A stretch of DNA of 63,926 nt, the filler included, from Barthelona sp. PAP020 (taxonomy: Eukaryota): the NCBI GenBank assembly GCA_040182905.1. It is 4 parts of 4 records of this genome, joined end to end, with 100 filler letters (N's around TTAATTAATTAA, not from the genome) between each part and the next. Parts side by side here need not be neighbours in the genome. Positions count along the whole stretch, not along the records: positions 53,830 to 63,926 come from JARQWU010000410.1; 3 more parts are not named here. One strand, written 5' to 3'. Below the pieces are notes generated by a model, which saw nothing but the letters and a program-made list of their open reading frames with translations, was not told the DNA's origin and ran no database searches. Both the position numbers and the translations under genes were made by a program. This document shows positions 53,730 through 63,926 of the stretch, in pieces (the first letter of the stretch is position 1; every line of letters begins with the position of its first letter).

Positions 53730-53829
53730 NNNNNNNNNNNNNNNNNNNNNNNNNNNNNNNNNNNNNNNNNNNNTTAATTAATTAANNNNNNNNNNNNNNN
53801 NNNNNNNNNNNNNNNNNNNNNNNNNNNNN
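53730..53829. other. Artificial contig linker
   Basis: 44N-TTAATTAATTAA-44N. Confidence 0.95.
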
Positions 53830-54701
53830 ATAACTTTGGATAGAAAATTTGATTAAGGAAATTCAGACAATGGTTGAAAATTTTGGGAAAATTTCTTTTG
53901 TAATCTTTCAAGATTCTTTATCAGCCAGTAAAATTAGATTCTTCTTTGTCTTAAGCTCAACTAGTTGTTTTATTATTTGATAAATTCTGAAATACGAGAA
54001 ATTTTGCTTGATTCAAATTCTGACGCATTTCTTCACGCTCTTTTTTTATCACTCCTTGTGAAATTTTGTCTGTGACCAATTATTCAGAAGACCAAAATAA
54101 TTAACATCTTATTTAAGAATGAATTCGATTTTGTGGTGTGAGCATTCAAAGAGAAGTGTATCAGTTTTCTCTTTCCCATGATTTAGTTAACTCTTTCTAA
54201 AATGGGACTCCTATTGATGCAGATCGAGGTATTTGGGGACTTTGGAAGGTGAACGTATTTTCATGGACAAGATTTTTATGTTGATCAACGAATACAATTA
54301 ATTCATGAGCAAAAAAACAGAGAAGTATCATTCATTCCTTCTGTAAAAGAACTCTGTGTTCAAATTACTGAAAATTTGGCTTTTCTAATTGAAGTTATGA
54401 TAAGCATTGATTTGATCAAAAAAATTTTATTGGTTTGAAGATGCATTTAGTTGATTTCTTCAAAATTGTGATTTCTTGTAATTTTCATTGATTTTTAAGA
54501 GAGCACAAAAATAAAAGCGTAGACTTTGGTTTGAATAACTGAAGAAATAGGTAATTAAGTTTGAAAACCATGTTGATTGAAATAATTTAAGTAACTTTTG
54601 AAGAGTTTTCAACTGTTTCTTCTTTAAATAACAATATTTTAACATTTAAGTAGTAATAAATATGTAAATAAAAATTTATGATTTAGTTACTTTTCTTTTA
54701 T

Positions 54702-55874
54702 ATGGGTTTTCACAGTGGAAAAAGACGAAGAACTTCTTTTGATCGAACAAGAAAAAGATTTACAACACAAAGGCAGTCCAAAACTCCTGTACAAAAGCCA
54801 GATTTTAATTTTAATTTGAGCGACCGTACTAAATATGGATATTCACCTGAAGAATACAAAGAAAAGAAAAAATTGTTGAAAGAAAAGCACAATGAAGCTA
54901 TGGAATCGTTTAGACAAGATAGACAAAAACAAATTGAAGAGATTTCTGAAAAGGAGGCAATAATTTTGGAAGATTTATTGAAAAAATATGGTATTGAAGA
55001 AAGCAATGCTCATGGTGATGTTGATGTCCAAGATTCACATGAGGAAATGGAATTCTTTTCTAATCGTGTTTCCAATAATCCCTCATCAAAGACATATCAG
55101 TTCGATGATTTGTCAGACACTGAAATCAATTCAAAAGTGAATGAAAAACCAGCACCAATTATTCACCTCAATGGTGTTTCTGAAGGTGGCATGAAACTAC
55201 CTGTGCAATTTGGTGATTCTGTTGACCGACCAAAAACAATGAAAGTTATTCAATTAGGTTCACAGCAAAGACAAGAAGATCGAAATTTAAGGCCTCAAAT
55301 ATTTTCCCAAACTTTAGCTGATAGAACAAACAAATCTGCGACTAAATTAGAGCCTTCATCCTATGAGTTGGAACGATTGTTGAATGCAGAAAGGGAAGAA
55401 AAAAAGCTTCTTGTTAATAAATTGGTTAAATTTGAGGAAGAAATGGTGACAATGCAATCAATTGTGTTAGGTGTAAAGAATGCTCTAGAAAATGAGCAGA
55501 TTGAACGTAAAAAACTGGAAAATGAACTCAAAGAATTGAAAAAAGTCAATATTGAAAAGTCTCAGGAAAAAAACAGGTTGCCTTCTGCTCCATTGAATGA
55601 ATCCTCGATCACTTCTTTGTTAGAGTGGAGATCTGTTGTTGAACAACAAGTTGAAGCACTTATGTCTGATTCTCCTGTAATATCCAGTGAATTGCATCGT
55701 GTCAGCAACACTTTGAATGAACTTGAGTACCATTTACATTTGATTGAGCAAAACATGCATACTTTACATGGAAAAAGTCAATCAAATAAGCCTAACAATG
55801 ATTCGACCAATTTTTCATCATCTGGAATACCGAATTTCGATATTCTATCTGCTGTTAAAAGCAAAAATGGCTGA
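54702..55874 (+). CDS. Basic-N-terminus coiled-coil protein, unknown function
   Basis: 390-aa ORF. Confidence 0.75.
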   Translation: MGFHSGKRRRTSFDRTRKRFTTQRQSKTPVQKPDFNFNLSDRTKYGYSPEEYKEKKKLLKEKHNEAMESFRQDRQKQIEEISEKEAIILEDLLKKYGIEESNAHGDVDVQDSHEEMEFFSNRVSNNPSSKTYQFDDLSDTEINSKVNEKPAPIIHLNGVSEGGMKLPVQFGDSVDRPKTMKVIQLGSQQRQEDRNLRPQIFSQTLADRTNKSATKLEPSSYELERLLNAEREEKKLLVNKLVKFEEEMVTMQSIVLGVKNALENEQIERKKLENELKELKKVNIEKSQEKNRLPSAPLNESSITSLLEWRSVVEQQVEALMSDSPVISSELHRVSNTLNELEYHLHLIEQNMHTLHGKSQSNKPNNDSTNFSSSGIPNFDILSAVKSKNG

Positions 55875-56073
55875 TTGGTTCAATTTTCTCATTTTCAAGT
55901 ATGTTTTTTCAAACTTTTATTTTATACTTTGTATTGCCCCTTTTTTTGGTTCATTTTTTACATTTTTAGTGCAAAGGTTCTATTTTTTTCTGTAAATTAC
56001 AAGGAAATTTGATTTTTTTGTTTGATTGAAAAATAAAATTATTAATGGTCAATTTATTTGATTAATCTCGAAT

Positions 56074-57177
56074 TTATTTCTTAATTGCCAATAAAGTTAT
56101 CCAAAAGTGTAACTTTGCATTGGAAGGAACACCATCAGTACCTTTCTTTCCATACCCCAAATGCTTTGGAATTATAAGTTCTCTGATTTCATTAATACGC
56201 ATGCCTTCAACTCCCAATTCTATTCCTTCAATTAAAGCTCCTTCTCCAAGCTTAAATTCAAGAGGTTCATCATCAGATTCATCAATTATCGTTCCATCAT
56301 CTAAAGAACCAACATAATCGATAATAACGGTATCACCAACACGACATTTTTTTCCTTTACCTTTTTCCATGACAAAAGCCTTCAAACCCTTCTTAACATG
56401 GTAAAAATTTGTTGTATTTGGATCAGATGGGGTGCAAATGCGCTCAATAGCTTCTAACTTTAAATCATCCTCTTCATCATCATCTTGTTCTTCCATTTCA
56501 CTTTCATCATTTGAAATGTCACTAGAAGATCTGTAACTTTCATCATCTGACTTTTCTTCATCCTCAGAACTGGATTCTTCAGAAATTTCGCTCTCAACAA
56601 GTGCATTGGGATCCAAATCATCAGGATCTGAATCGCTTTCGCTTTCGCTCTCGCTTTCGCTTTCACTTTCGCTCTCGCTTTCACTTTCGTTTTCACTTTC
56701 ACTAGTTTCAGGCATATCTCCTGACATTACATTGGCTTCTGCACGAATACTATCAACAATATTATCAATACAATCATCAATAGAAATGATCTCTTCTAAA
56801 GATGTTACATGTGAGTTAATCAACCCTGCTTCTTCTAAAATTTCAGTTAAGATTTCGTCTTCTTCATCTAAAACTTCAACAGAACGATTAGACATTCCAC
56901 AAATACTGGCAGATACAGAAGCATCTTCAAAATTGGCTTCAACAGCCAATTTAATCATTTCCAGAGGTCTATAATCTAGTTCTATCTGAGAAGATAAGTT
57001 CTCATTAGTTAATATGCATAAAGGATAAAGATTATCATTAGCTACAGCATTAACCACAACATAATCACCTTCTTGTAAAGGTTGATTTAAAGAAATGTTC
57101 GTTAGAGTAACAAATGTTGACGGAGGTACAGCTTGATAAAATCCGGAATTTAAAGGTATAATTGCACCACAAATCAT
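56074..57177 (-). CDS. Nucleoplasmin-like FKBP peptidyl-prolyl isomerase (Fpr3/Fpr4/FKBP39 type)
   Basis: NPL-like N-terminus (LTNISL, PLCILT), acidic linker, FKBP domain (YVGSLDDG, LIEGIELGVEGM, IIPKHLGYG). Confidence 0.88.
   Translation of the reverse strand: MICGAIIPLNSGFYQAVPPSTFVTLTNISLNQPLQEGDYVVVNAVANDNLYPLCILTNENLSSQIELDYRPLEMIKLAVEANFEDASVSASICGMSNRSVEVLDEEDEILTEILEEAGLINSHVTSLEEIISIDDCIDNIVDSIRAEANVMSGDMPETSESENESESESESESESESESESDSDPDDLDPNALVESEISEESSSEDEEKSDDESYRSSSDISNDESEMEEQDDDEEDDLKLEAIERICTPSDPNTTNFYHVKKGLKAFVMEKGKGKKCRVGDTVIIDYVGSLDDGTIIDESDDEPLEFKLGEGALIEGIELGVEGMRINEIRELIIPKHLGYGKKGTDGVPSNAKLHFWITLLAIKK
56630..56705 (-). repeat. (Glu-Ser)n coding hexamer repeat
   Basis: Tandem GAAAGY/GAGAGC units encoding ESESESES. 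Confidence 0.85.
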
Positions 57178-57372
57178 TTGAAAAAAATTGATAATGAAAT
57201 TGAAATTTGGATTTCTTGATTTTTTTATTTTTATGATAATACTGTTATTGAGTCTTTCTTTGCAAAGATGACAAAAGAGAAAAGTAGAAAAAGTAAAAAA
57301 AAAAAAAGGTGGTGACTTTCAAAGATTTTCAACCCCCTTGTTAGAATTCAAATTTATTATTTAAACCCAAAA

Positions 57373-60300
57373 ATGGATTCAATTTATTTAGAAGACCTGG
57401 AAAAATTTGATCGAATATTTCTAGATCAGTTAAAATGTTCAAAATTTAACAATGGTGTTCTTGGACTTGTTGAAGCATTTCAAAAGGAATTAAATCAACA
57501 TTTACTTGTTACACCACAATGGTATAATCATCTATTTTGTGATGAAATTGGATATACATTTGAGATTAAATTTGATAATATGCAAAGAATTGCAGATATT
57601 TCTGTTAGAGCTTATGCTGCTATTATTTTAGGAACATCTATTATTTTTGGAGAAGAATTGAAAGGTGTTGTTTTGGTGGTAAATGATGACATGTCTAGAC
57701 TGCATACTGCTGAGATTGCTGTTGTTTCTGAATTCTTAGGAATCCCTTGTCATATTTTTTGTCCTACAAATATTGACTTTGTGACATTGCATCAAGTTAC
57801 AGTTGCATCAAATTTAAGGAATGTCACGTTGCATGCTGTGAATGAAAATGTTTTGGATATTGCAGCACATTCTTTTTGTATGAATAATTCCTTTCAACGT
57901 ATACAAAATGAAACAATACCTTTTTTTGCCACCATTGGTTTGATGACATGTGCAGCCGAAATTGCTATTACAAAGCCAGAAGTTATTATTGTGCCTGTGC
58001 GTGGATCTTCTCCTTCTTGGTCAACACTGTTTGCATTTACCTATTATTTCCAACATTTGGAAAGCCAACCTGACATAATATGTACCCATTTGGAGAATCG
58101 TCCTCATTTTAATGTTTGGGACGATTGTTTGGGAATTTCTGTTTGGTTAATGAACAGGTTACCGGAGAGTAGTCCATCTGGAGTCTTTTTGACACTGGAT
58201 ATTGATCAATCTGGCTGGCTTGAACAATCAGATGTCAGTGCGTTTGTTTGTGAGTTGTTTAATAACTCAGAAATGACTGTATCATGGCCAGGGGGCAAAA
58301 TTTCCCCATCAAAGTTTGTTGATTTAATTATTGATGAAAAGAGAAAAATTTCTTCTTCTATTGCCAATTCGTTGATCAGCTGGGGCAACAAGGATTTATT
58401 GTTGTCCATTGGATGGATCAGGCAAGATGTATCTGTAGGAATTGCTGATACTTTGGCTGCTTGGATAAAATGCTTATATTACACACATACGCATACGACT
58501 CTTTCGAGTGCCACATCATTGGCCGTTCTTTTTACCAACCGTTTGCCTAACCATAGAAATAAGCGTATTGTTTCTGTGTTAACTGGAGGTACTGTTGATA
58601 TTGAGCATTTCCAAGAATTGTTAGGGAGAGGTTTAGAATTGATTGGACAGAAGGGCGATATTGTATGTCATACAGTTCCAGATGCTGCTGTTATGGCTCA
58701 AATTTTTGATATTCTTGGTGAAGAAGGCCTCAACGTTCTTGATTCAAGAAAATTACCCTCTCAAAGATCACCAAATTTTATAAAGATGGTGTTCACTGTT
58801 TTTGGATTGGATCGTTCAGCTATCAATCGCGCTGTGGATAAATTAAAGAATGTGACATTACACTGTTATTCAAATGATCAATCAAGATTCTCACCCCCTT
58901 TACAACCAAACATTAAGCATCAAGTTGATACAGCTAATGCAGAAGCTTTTGTTAATCATCATCGATTGGTTGATGAAATTTCTTTGGAGTCTATTGCTGC
59001 CGCTCGTAATCGCATTGCCAAAAATTTATATGATGTCCCTGTTTACAAATCAAATTCTTATTCCCGTGATAAGGATGTGGATGTGATTTTAATGCTTGAA
59101 AATGTTCAGCAAACTGGGGCTTTTAAGATTCGTGGTTCATCTAATTGTATAATGATGAATTCTGAGATGAACTCAAAAATTCCAGGTATTATTGCTTCTA
59201 GTGCTGGAAATCATGCTCAAGGTGTGGCTTATGCTGCCAGAAGCTTGGGTATTCCTTGTACTATTGTATGTCCCACTTATGCCCCCGATACGAAGCTGTC
59301 CAATACTCGTCGTTATAATGCTGAAGTAGTTAAGTACGGTTCCAGTTTCGGAGAAACTGCTGCTTTTGCCAATAATTTAGCTGATGAGCGTGGTTGGATG
59401 AAAGTGCATCCTTTTCAAGATTCTCTTGTTTTTGAAGGTCAAGGAAGTATTGCATATGATTTGTACAACGCATATTCCGAATTTGATACCATACTCGTTA
59501 ATGTTGGTGGTGGTGGCATGATTTCGGGTATTGCTCTTTATTTACGTCAGTTAGAGAAGAAAATTGGGCGTAAATTTAGAATTATCGGTGTTCAAGCAGG
59601 TAATGTTGCTCCTCTTTGTGGTGATTTCACAAAAACCGGTAATCTCGACTATTATCCCCCAAAGGAACTCACTTTGGCAGATGGTATCAACGTAAAATTA
59701 CCAGGAGGTCCTTATCACAGCGCAATTTTGTATCATCTCATTGATGAGTTTGTTGCTGTTCCTGAAAATGAAATAGCATCAATGATTACTCATACCTTAT
59801 GTAGAACTCGGACTTTAACTGAAGGTGCAGGTGCTGTTGGACTTGCAGCTTTGCATTATGGTCACATTAAAATGAAGCCTGGTGAAAAAGTTGCAGTTGT
59901 ATTGTGCGGTGGTAACATCGATTTGTCATATGTTATGACAACATATCCATTGGGTATTCGTACTATGGGTCGAGCTTTCACAGTAGAGATAGAATTAGTT
60001 GACACAAAAGGACAGATTGGAATCCTTTTGAATATTGCTAAGAAATTCTGCCTTTCAGTTGTTGACATCAATCATGTACGTACAATGGATCACTGTTTGT
60101 GGAACAAGGTTAACATCCAATTAACTTTTTACTCAGTAAACTTCAGAGCACAAGTTGGCTATCTTTGTGCTTTGTTGGAGGCTGGATACGATCCAAGAAT
60201 CATTGGTCGTGAACATGTAGCAAATCACAGAATAATTTATGAGCCTTTTGATCAAAAGAGGGAAGAAATAGTTGAATCTCAGAAGCTTGCTTTTGAACAG

Positions 60301-60402
60301 GAAATGAAGAATTTTAGAATTCAAGATGAGAGATTATTCGATCTTAATGCTCCTTTACCTGATGAATTGAAATTCTTGGAAGAGTTGTCGGTCAGAAAAT
60401 AA
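57373..60402 (+). CDS. Tandem threonine/serine dehydratase: degenerate PALP+EF-hand+ACT, then intact PALP+ACT
   Basis: The C-half has ENVQQTGAFKIRG, SAGNHAQG, VGGGGM and GGNID. The N-half has DNMQRIADISVRA and TGGTVD, without the PLP lysine. Confidence 0.88.
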   Translation: MDSIYLEDLEKFDRIFLDQLKCSKFNNGVLGLVEAFQKELNQHLLVTPQWYNHLFCDEIGYTFEIKFDNMQRIADISVRAYAAIILGTSIIFGEELKGVVLVVNDDMSRLHTAEIAVVSEFLGIPCHIFCPTNIDFVTLHQVTVASNLRNVTLHAVNENVLDIAAHSFCMNNSFQRIQNETIPFFATIGLMTCAAEIAITKPEVIIVPVRGSSPSWSTLFAFTYYFQHLESQPDIICTHLENRPHFNVWDDCLGISVWLMNRLPESSPSGVFLTLDIDQSGWLEQSDVSAFVCELFNNSEMTVSWPGGKISPSKFVDLIIDEKRKISSSIANSLISWGNKDLLLSIGWIRQDVSVGIADTLAAWIKCLYYTHTHTTLSSATSLAVLFTNRLPNHRNKRIVSVLTGGTVDIEHFQELLGRGLELIGQKGDIVCHTVPDAAVMAQIFDILGEEGLNVLDSRKLPSQRSPNFIKMVFTVFGLDRSAINRAVDKLKNVTLHCYSNDQSRFSPPLQPNIKHQVDTANAEAFVNHHRLVDEISLESIAAARNRIAKNLYDVPVYKSNSYSRDKDVDVILMLENVQQTGAFKIRGSSNCIMMNSEMNSKIPGIIASSAGNHAQGVAYAARSLGIPCTIVCPTYAPDTKLSNTRRYNAEVVKYGSSFGETAAFANNLADERGWMKVHPFQDSLVFEGQGSIAYDLYNAYSEFDTILVNVGGGGMISGIALYLRQLEKKIGRKFRIIGVQAGNVAPLCGDFTKTGNLDYYPPKELTLADGINVKLPGGPYHSAILYHLIDEFVAVPENEIASMITHTLCRTRTLTEGAGAVGLAALHYGHIKMKPGEKVAVVLCGGNIDLSYVMTTYPLGIRTMGRAFTVEIELVDTKGQIGILLNIAKKFCLSVVDINHVRTMDHCLWNKVNIQLTFYSVNFRAQVGYLCALLEAGYDPRIIGREHVANHRIIYEPFDQKREEIVESQKLAFEQEMKNFRIQDERLFDLNAPLPDELKFLEELSVRK

Positions 60403-60665
60403 ATTATTAAACCTTTTTATTTGTTACATTTGCCTGCACCAAAATTTTTTTTTTTTGTTAATGGAGATGGGGGGATCAAACATAGCGTTAAATCTTTATT
60501 TGAAAAAGTACTTTTGCATTCTTAATTTTCAACTCTTTTTCTTTCATATGATCCTTTTTGGAAAAAAAAACAAATTAAATAGATTGAGTGTTTATTATTA
60601 ATTTCATCATAAAGTTGAACCAATTCTCTTCATTTTGACAATGTTCATTTCCTAAAATCACTTCT

Positions 60666-60980
60666 TTAAGTTTCGGAACCACCTTTCAAAAAAGTCATAT
60701 GATCATAATGCTGACATGAAACACATGGGAAACAACAACAAACTTCAAATGCATCCTTAAATTCATGTCTACCAAATTGATTGTCTTGGGCACGAAATGT
60801 TTGTCTTAAATAATAGCTTGAAGTGTTGTTACTACAACAACAGTCACAAAGTTCACATTCACGATCATCCATTCTTGCTTTTGTTTGTCCTTCTAGATAA
60901 CATGGAAGAAAACAACCCAATAAACAAGTACGAGTACTGTTTCCAAAATTGAAGAGTTCCTCGGAAAAATGATTGGGCAT
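60666..60980 (-). CDS. PLAC8-family Cys-rich protein
   Basis: FSEELFN, CLLGCFLPCY, LRQTFR, CCCFPCVSCQ. Confidence 0.88.
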   Translation of the reverse strand: MPNHFSEELFNFGNSTRTCLLGCFLPCYLEGQTKARMDDRECELCDCCCSNNTSSYYLRQTFRAQDNQFGRHEFKDAFEVCCCFPCVSCQHYDHMTFLKGGSET

Positions 60981-61198
60981 GTCAAAGTTGTCAAAAATTA
61001 ATTGTAGAACAATTACTAATATTATTTACTTCGTTAAAGGTCTTCTTAATTAAAATTAGTAGAGTTAGAGATAAATGAAAAGATGGTTCTTTTTTTGTCA
61101 CTCTTCCTTCTTTGTTTTCGTTTTTACGTTTTAACTTGCAAAATCAAAAATTTAAACATTTATATGAAAGAACAAAAGAAAAAGTTTTTTTTTACAAC

Positions 61199-63151
61199 TC
61201 AATTGGAAGATAATTTTTCCAACCCTTTTTTAATAACAAACTCAGAAGGGTATAATTCATTCTGTCCAAATTCTTTTGACATTTCTAATACACTTTCACT
61301 ATAATTTTTACAAACGTTTGAAACTTTCATCAAATTTTCAGAGTTGAAAATATCAAGTGCATGGCACATTTCTTGTAAATAATCAACTAAAGCGTCTTTT
61401 GTAAGAGGAATTCCAAAATGTACATTTATAACTGAAACTTGCTTGGAATCGCAAAGTAATTGAATATACCCAAGAGAATTATTCAATTGACAACAGTTAA
61501 TTACTTCTCTACATTTTTTCAAGACTTTTTCCCTGATGAAATCATCAATCTTTGGACTTGAAAAAAGTGTTGTCAATGTGACAGATTTGACAGGAATATG
61601 TTCGATTTGAATAGGAATATCTGAATTCTTAACAGTGTCTGGAATAGGAAAAGGAACACAAGCAAACACAGAATCATGAGAAGCAGGTATTATCAACGCA
61701 GGTGTTGCAGCAATTTGAGATCCTAAACTCTGAAATACAGTACCATTCTTGAAAAGGGTAATCTCTTCCTCATATTTTGAAGACAAAACAGTGATTATAC
61801 CTTCAGCATCTGTAAATTCTTGTGGCATTGAGTCAAAAATAATGCCACGAGGTAAAATAGCAAAAGGTATATCACTGAACATAGAGAGACAATAATAGAT
61901 TGAAGAGAGTCTAGGAGAAGAAAAAACTGCAGGAATTCTTGTGTCAAACTTGAATGGTTCATTTAGCGGTGCGTTACATAGGACAGCCCCACACGATGAC
62001 TCCAAATAAACGGATAAACGTTTTTGATAGGGAAACCTGGTTAAAGAAAACATCGACTCGATTTGGATTAAGTCGAATTTTTTATTGGATTTTGAGATAA
62101 GAAAAAACAACCATTTTTTGAAGCTTCTAGCAGCAAGAAAGTATTGAGCTGCTAAACCTCTAGGAATAGCCGTTGTATCATCCACATTTGAAAGGGAAGA
62201 ATGCAAATTACGTAACAATTCATATGAAATTTTTCCTGTTTCATATAATGTTACAGCAAAAGAGGCCAAGTCACTACCTAAATTACCCATCATCAACAAA
62301 GTGGCCAAAGAATTATCGCACAATATCATCAAATCTCTTTGAGGTAAAATATCACTCTCACAACGTTCTACAACACCTAAAAGCACTAAATATTTAATTC
62401 CAGTTAGAATTACCTCTCGATCTATGTCCAAAATATGAATAATTTCCTCTACATTTCTGGTACCATCCATAAGAATCAAAAGATCGTACAAAAGACATTC
62501 AAATTCATCTCCCTGTGTTGTGTTCATAGTAAATTCCTTTAGAACATTGACAGAAAAAATGTTTTCATCCTCAACAGGTATTTCAAAAAAAAGAGAATCA
62601 ACGTCATACAACTCATTCAAAATATCAATTCTCAGGTCTTTAACACAAACAATGTTGTTCTGTTCTTCCTTTGAAATCAAAAGTTGGAACTCCATCCTTG
62701 CTTCATGAGAAATATTGGACAAATCCTTATTGAATAACGGTTTTATTATCCACCATTCCTTAATCCAATCTTCTTTCATTGGAATAGGATGTGATGGCAA
62801 AGCAGAATCAAGAGTTTTTTCTTTTGAAGTAAAGAATCCTTTTGAGGCTTTTATTTCATTAACAAGATCTATAAATTCATTTCTAGAAATCCCTAATAAT
62901 CTTGTAATATCAGCTGCAGTCATATTAGGAATTGAAGAATAATTTAAATCATTTAGTATGCAATTTCTAATCATATTATAATAATAATCAAATGCAGTTT
63001 GATTTGTGCTGTCATATATATCTTTCCATAAACGATATGGAAAAGGTAGGAAACTATTTCTACAATGTATTAAAAACTCTTCATAATATTTGGATTTTTT
63101 GATAGAAAAGTTTGTTTGCCATTTTAATTGTCGCTGAAAAGCATACTCCAT
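61199..63151 (-). CDS. FAM91A1: FAM91A1-like protein
   Basis: PNMTAADITRLLGISRNEFIDL, GDEFECLLY, LATLLMMGNL, FAVTLYETGK. Confidence 0.9.
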   Translation of the reverse strand: MEYAFQRQLKWQTNFSIKKSKYYEEFLIHCRNSFLPFPYRLWKDIYDSTNQTAFDYYYNMIRNCILNDLNYSSIPNMTAADITRLLGISRNEFIDLVNEIKASKGFFTSKEKTLDSALPSHPIPMKEDWIKEWWIIKPLFNKDLSNISHEARMEFQLLISKEEQNNIVCVKDLRIDILNELYDVDSLFFEIPVEDENIFSVNVLKEFTMNTTQGDEFECLLYDLLILMDGTRNVEEIIHILDIDREVILTGIKYLVLLGVVERCESDILPQRDLMILCDNSLATLLMMGNLGSDLASFAVTLYETGKISYELLRNLHSSLSNVDDTTAIPRGLAAQYFLAARSFKKWLFFLISKSNKKFDLIQIESMFSLTRFPYQKRLSVYLESSCGAVLCNAPLNEPFKFDTRIPAVFSSPRLSSIYYCLSMFSDIPFAILPRGIIFDSMPQEFTDAEGIITVLSSKYEEEITLFKNGTVFQSLGSQIAATPALIIPASHDSVFACVPFPIPDTVKNSDIPIQIEHIPVKSVTLTTLFSSPKIDDFIREKVLKKCREVINCCQLNNSLGYIQLLCDSKQVSVINVHFGIPLTKDALVDYLQEMCHALDIFNSENLMKVSNVCKNYSESVLEMSKEFGQNELYPSEFVIKKGLEKLSSN

Positions 63152-63204
63152 ATCAATGGAAAATAAATAAACCAAAGTTTTTTTTTATTTATGATCATGT
63201 AATC

Positions 63205-63813
63205 ATGCTTGAGCAGAAATCAATATATATAGAAGGACCGATTACAGGAGAATTTAAACCATATAAATTGAATGGCTCAAAAAAAACAAAAAAAAACACG
63301 ACATTTTCAAGAAAACCCACTCTTTTGTTTAAAAAATATCTTTTAAATTTACAATTATTCTTTTCTAATTTTTCTAAATTTTCAAATGGGATATTATTTT
63401 TTCATTCTTTATTTTTTTTATTTATTTCACCAGAATCTTCGTCTTTTAGTTTTTTACAATCTAATACACCGTTGTTATTTTTATTTTTTTCCGCTATTAC
63501 TCAAATTTGCTTGATTTTTACATTGAGTTTTTTGTATTCTCAGTTATTTGGTGATTCTTTTGTTCAAAAAACTCAATCTATGAATCTATTAGTGAAAATA
63601 TTGTGTGTAATTGGCTTATTATGTGTGATTCCTTGTGTAAAATGTTTTCTTTTTGAGACTTATTTCTATCACCAAACGACAATATCTTCAATTGCTTTCA
63701 CATCCTACAAAGATTGGGTTTTCAGGAGGTTTTTTTTAATTTCATTGTTATCAATACTGAATTTGTTTTTTTGGCCCTTGAATGAAACATTTGAAAAACT
63801 TTTCAAAGAGTAG
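63205..63813 (+). CDS. Putative multi-pass membrane protein
   Basis: Open frame with about four hydrophobic segments; very T-rich and no family recognised. Confidence 0.45.
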   Translation: MLEQKSIYIEGPITGEFKPYKLNGSKKTKKNTTFSRKPTLLFKKYLLNLQLFFSNFSKFSNGILFFHSLFFLFISPESSSFSFLQSNTPLLFLFFSAITQICLIFTLSFLYSQLFGDSFVQKTQSMNLLVKILCVIGLLCVIPCVKCFLFETYFYHQTTISSIAFTSYKDWVFRRFFLISLLSILNLFFWPLNETFEKLFKE

Positions 63814-63926
63814 CCTGTAAAGTGTAAATTTTTTTTTTCCGAGGGAACTTTTCCCCTTTTGTTATTCCTTAAATTCCGAGATGCTGGTACTCAGGATTAT
63901 TTGATTCGTTAGTTAATAAAATAAAC

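Noticed and set aside
18044..53829. TTAATTAATTAA palindrome repeated three times
   Set aside because: It is always centred in 44N+44N, so it is an assembly spacer and not biology. It also means cross-gap gene clustering cannot be claimed.
865..62942. Many 60-140 aa ORFs overlapping or antisense to the long genes
   Set aside because: These are shadow ORFs with no motifs; many rely on TTG/GTG starts, which are not expected in a eukaryote.

Overview
AT-rich, gene-dense, intron-poor eukaryotic (protist) genomic DNA using the standard genetic code. Four pieces are joined by three artificial 100-bp linkers (44N-TTAATTAATTAA-44N), so adjacency across them is not proven. The window holds about 33 protein genes. 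Housekeeping genes: RPS15, NOC2, uridine kinase, UNG, SMC5, NPL-FKBP, RAB3GAP2, KXD1, FAM91A1, PLAC8. Flagellar genes: CCDC40 and a CFAP45-like fragment. Others: meiotic PCH2/TRIP13, a U-box-ankyrin protein, two kinases, a tandem threonine dehydratase, a bacterial-type sensor and a virus/fungal-type nucleotidyltransferase. Reading beyond the ORF track gave four short GT-AG introns with the branch point close to the 3' splice site. Splicing two of them exposes an N-terminus that resembles plant ZYP1, the synaptonemal-complex transverse filament (alignment from memory). A GC-rich 9-mer, TTGCCTGCA, sits 30-41 nt upstream of the ATG of PCH2, of the ZYP1-like gene and of an unannotated 88-aa spliced coiled-coil gene, on three different linker-separated pieces. 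This suggests a candidate meiosis regulon and a synaptonemal complex in this organism. The lineage (a metamonad-like flagellate) is inference only.
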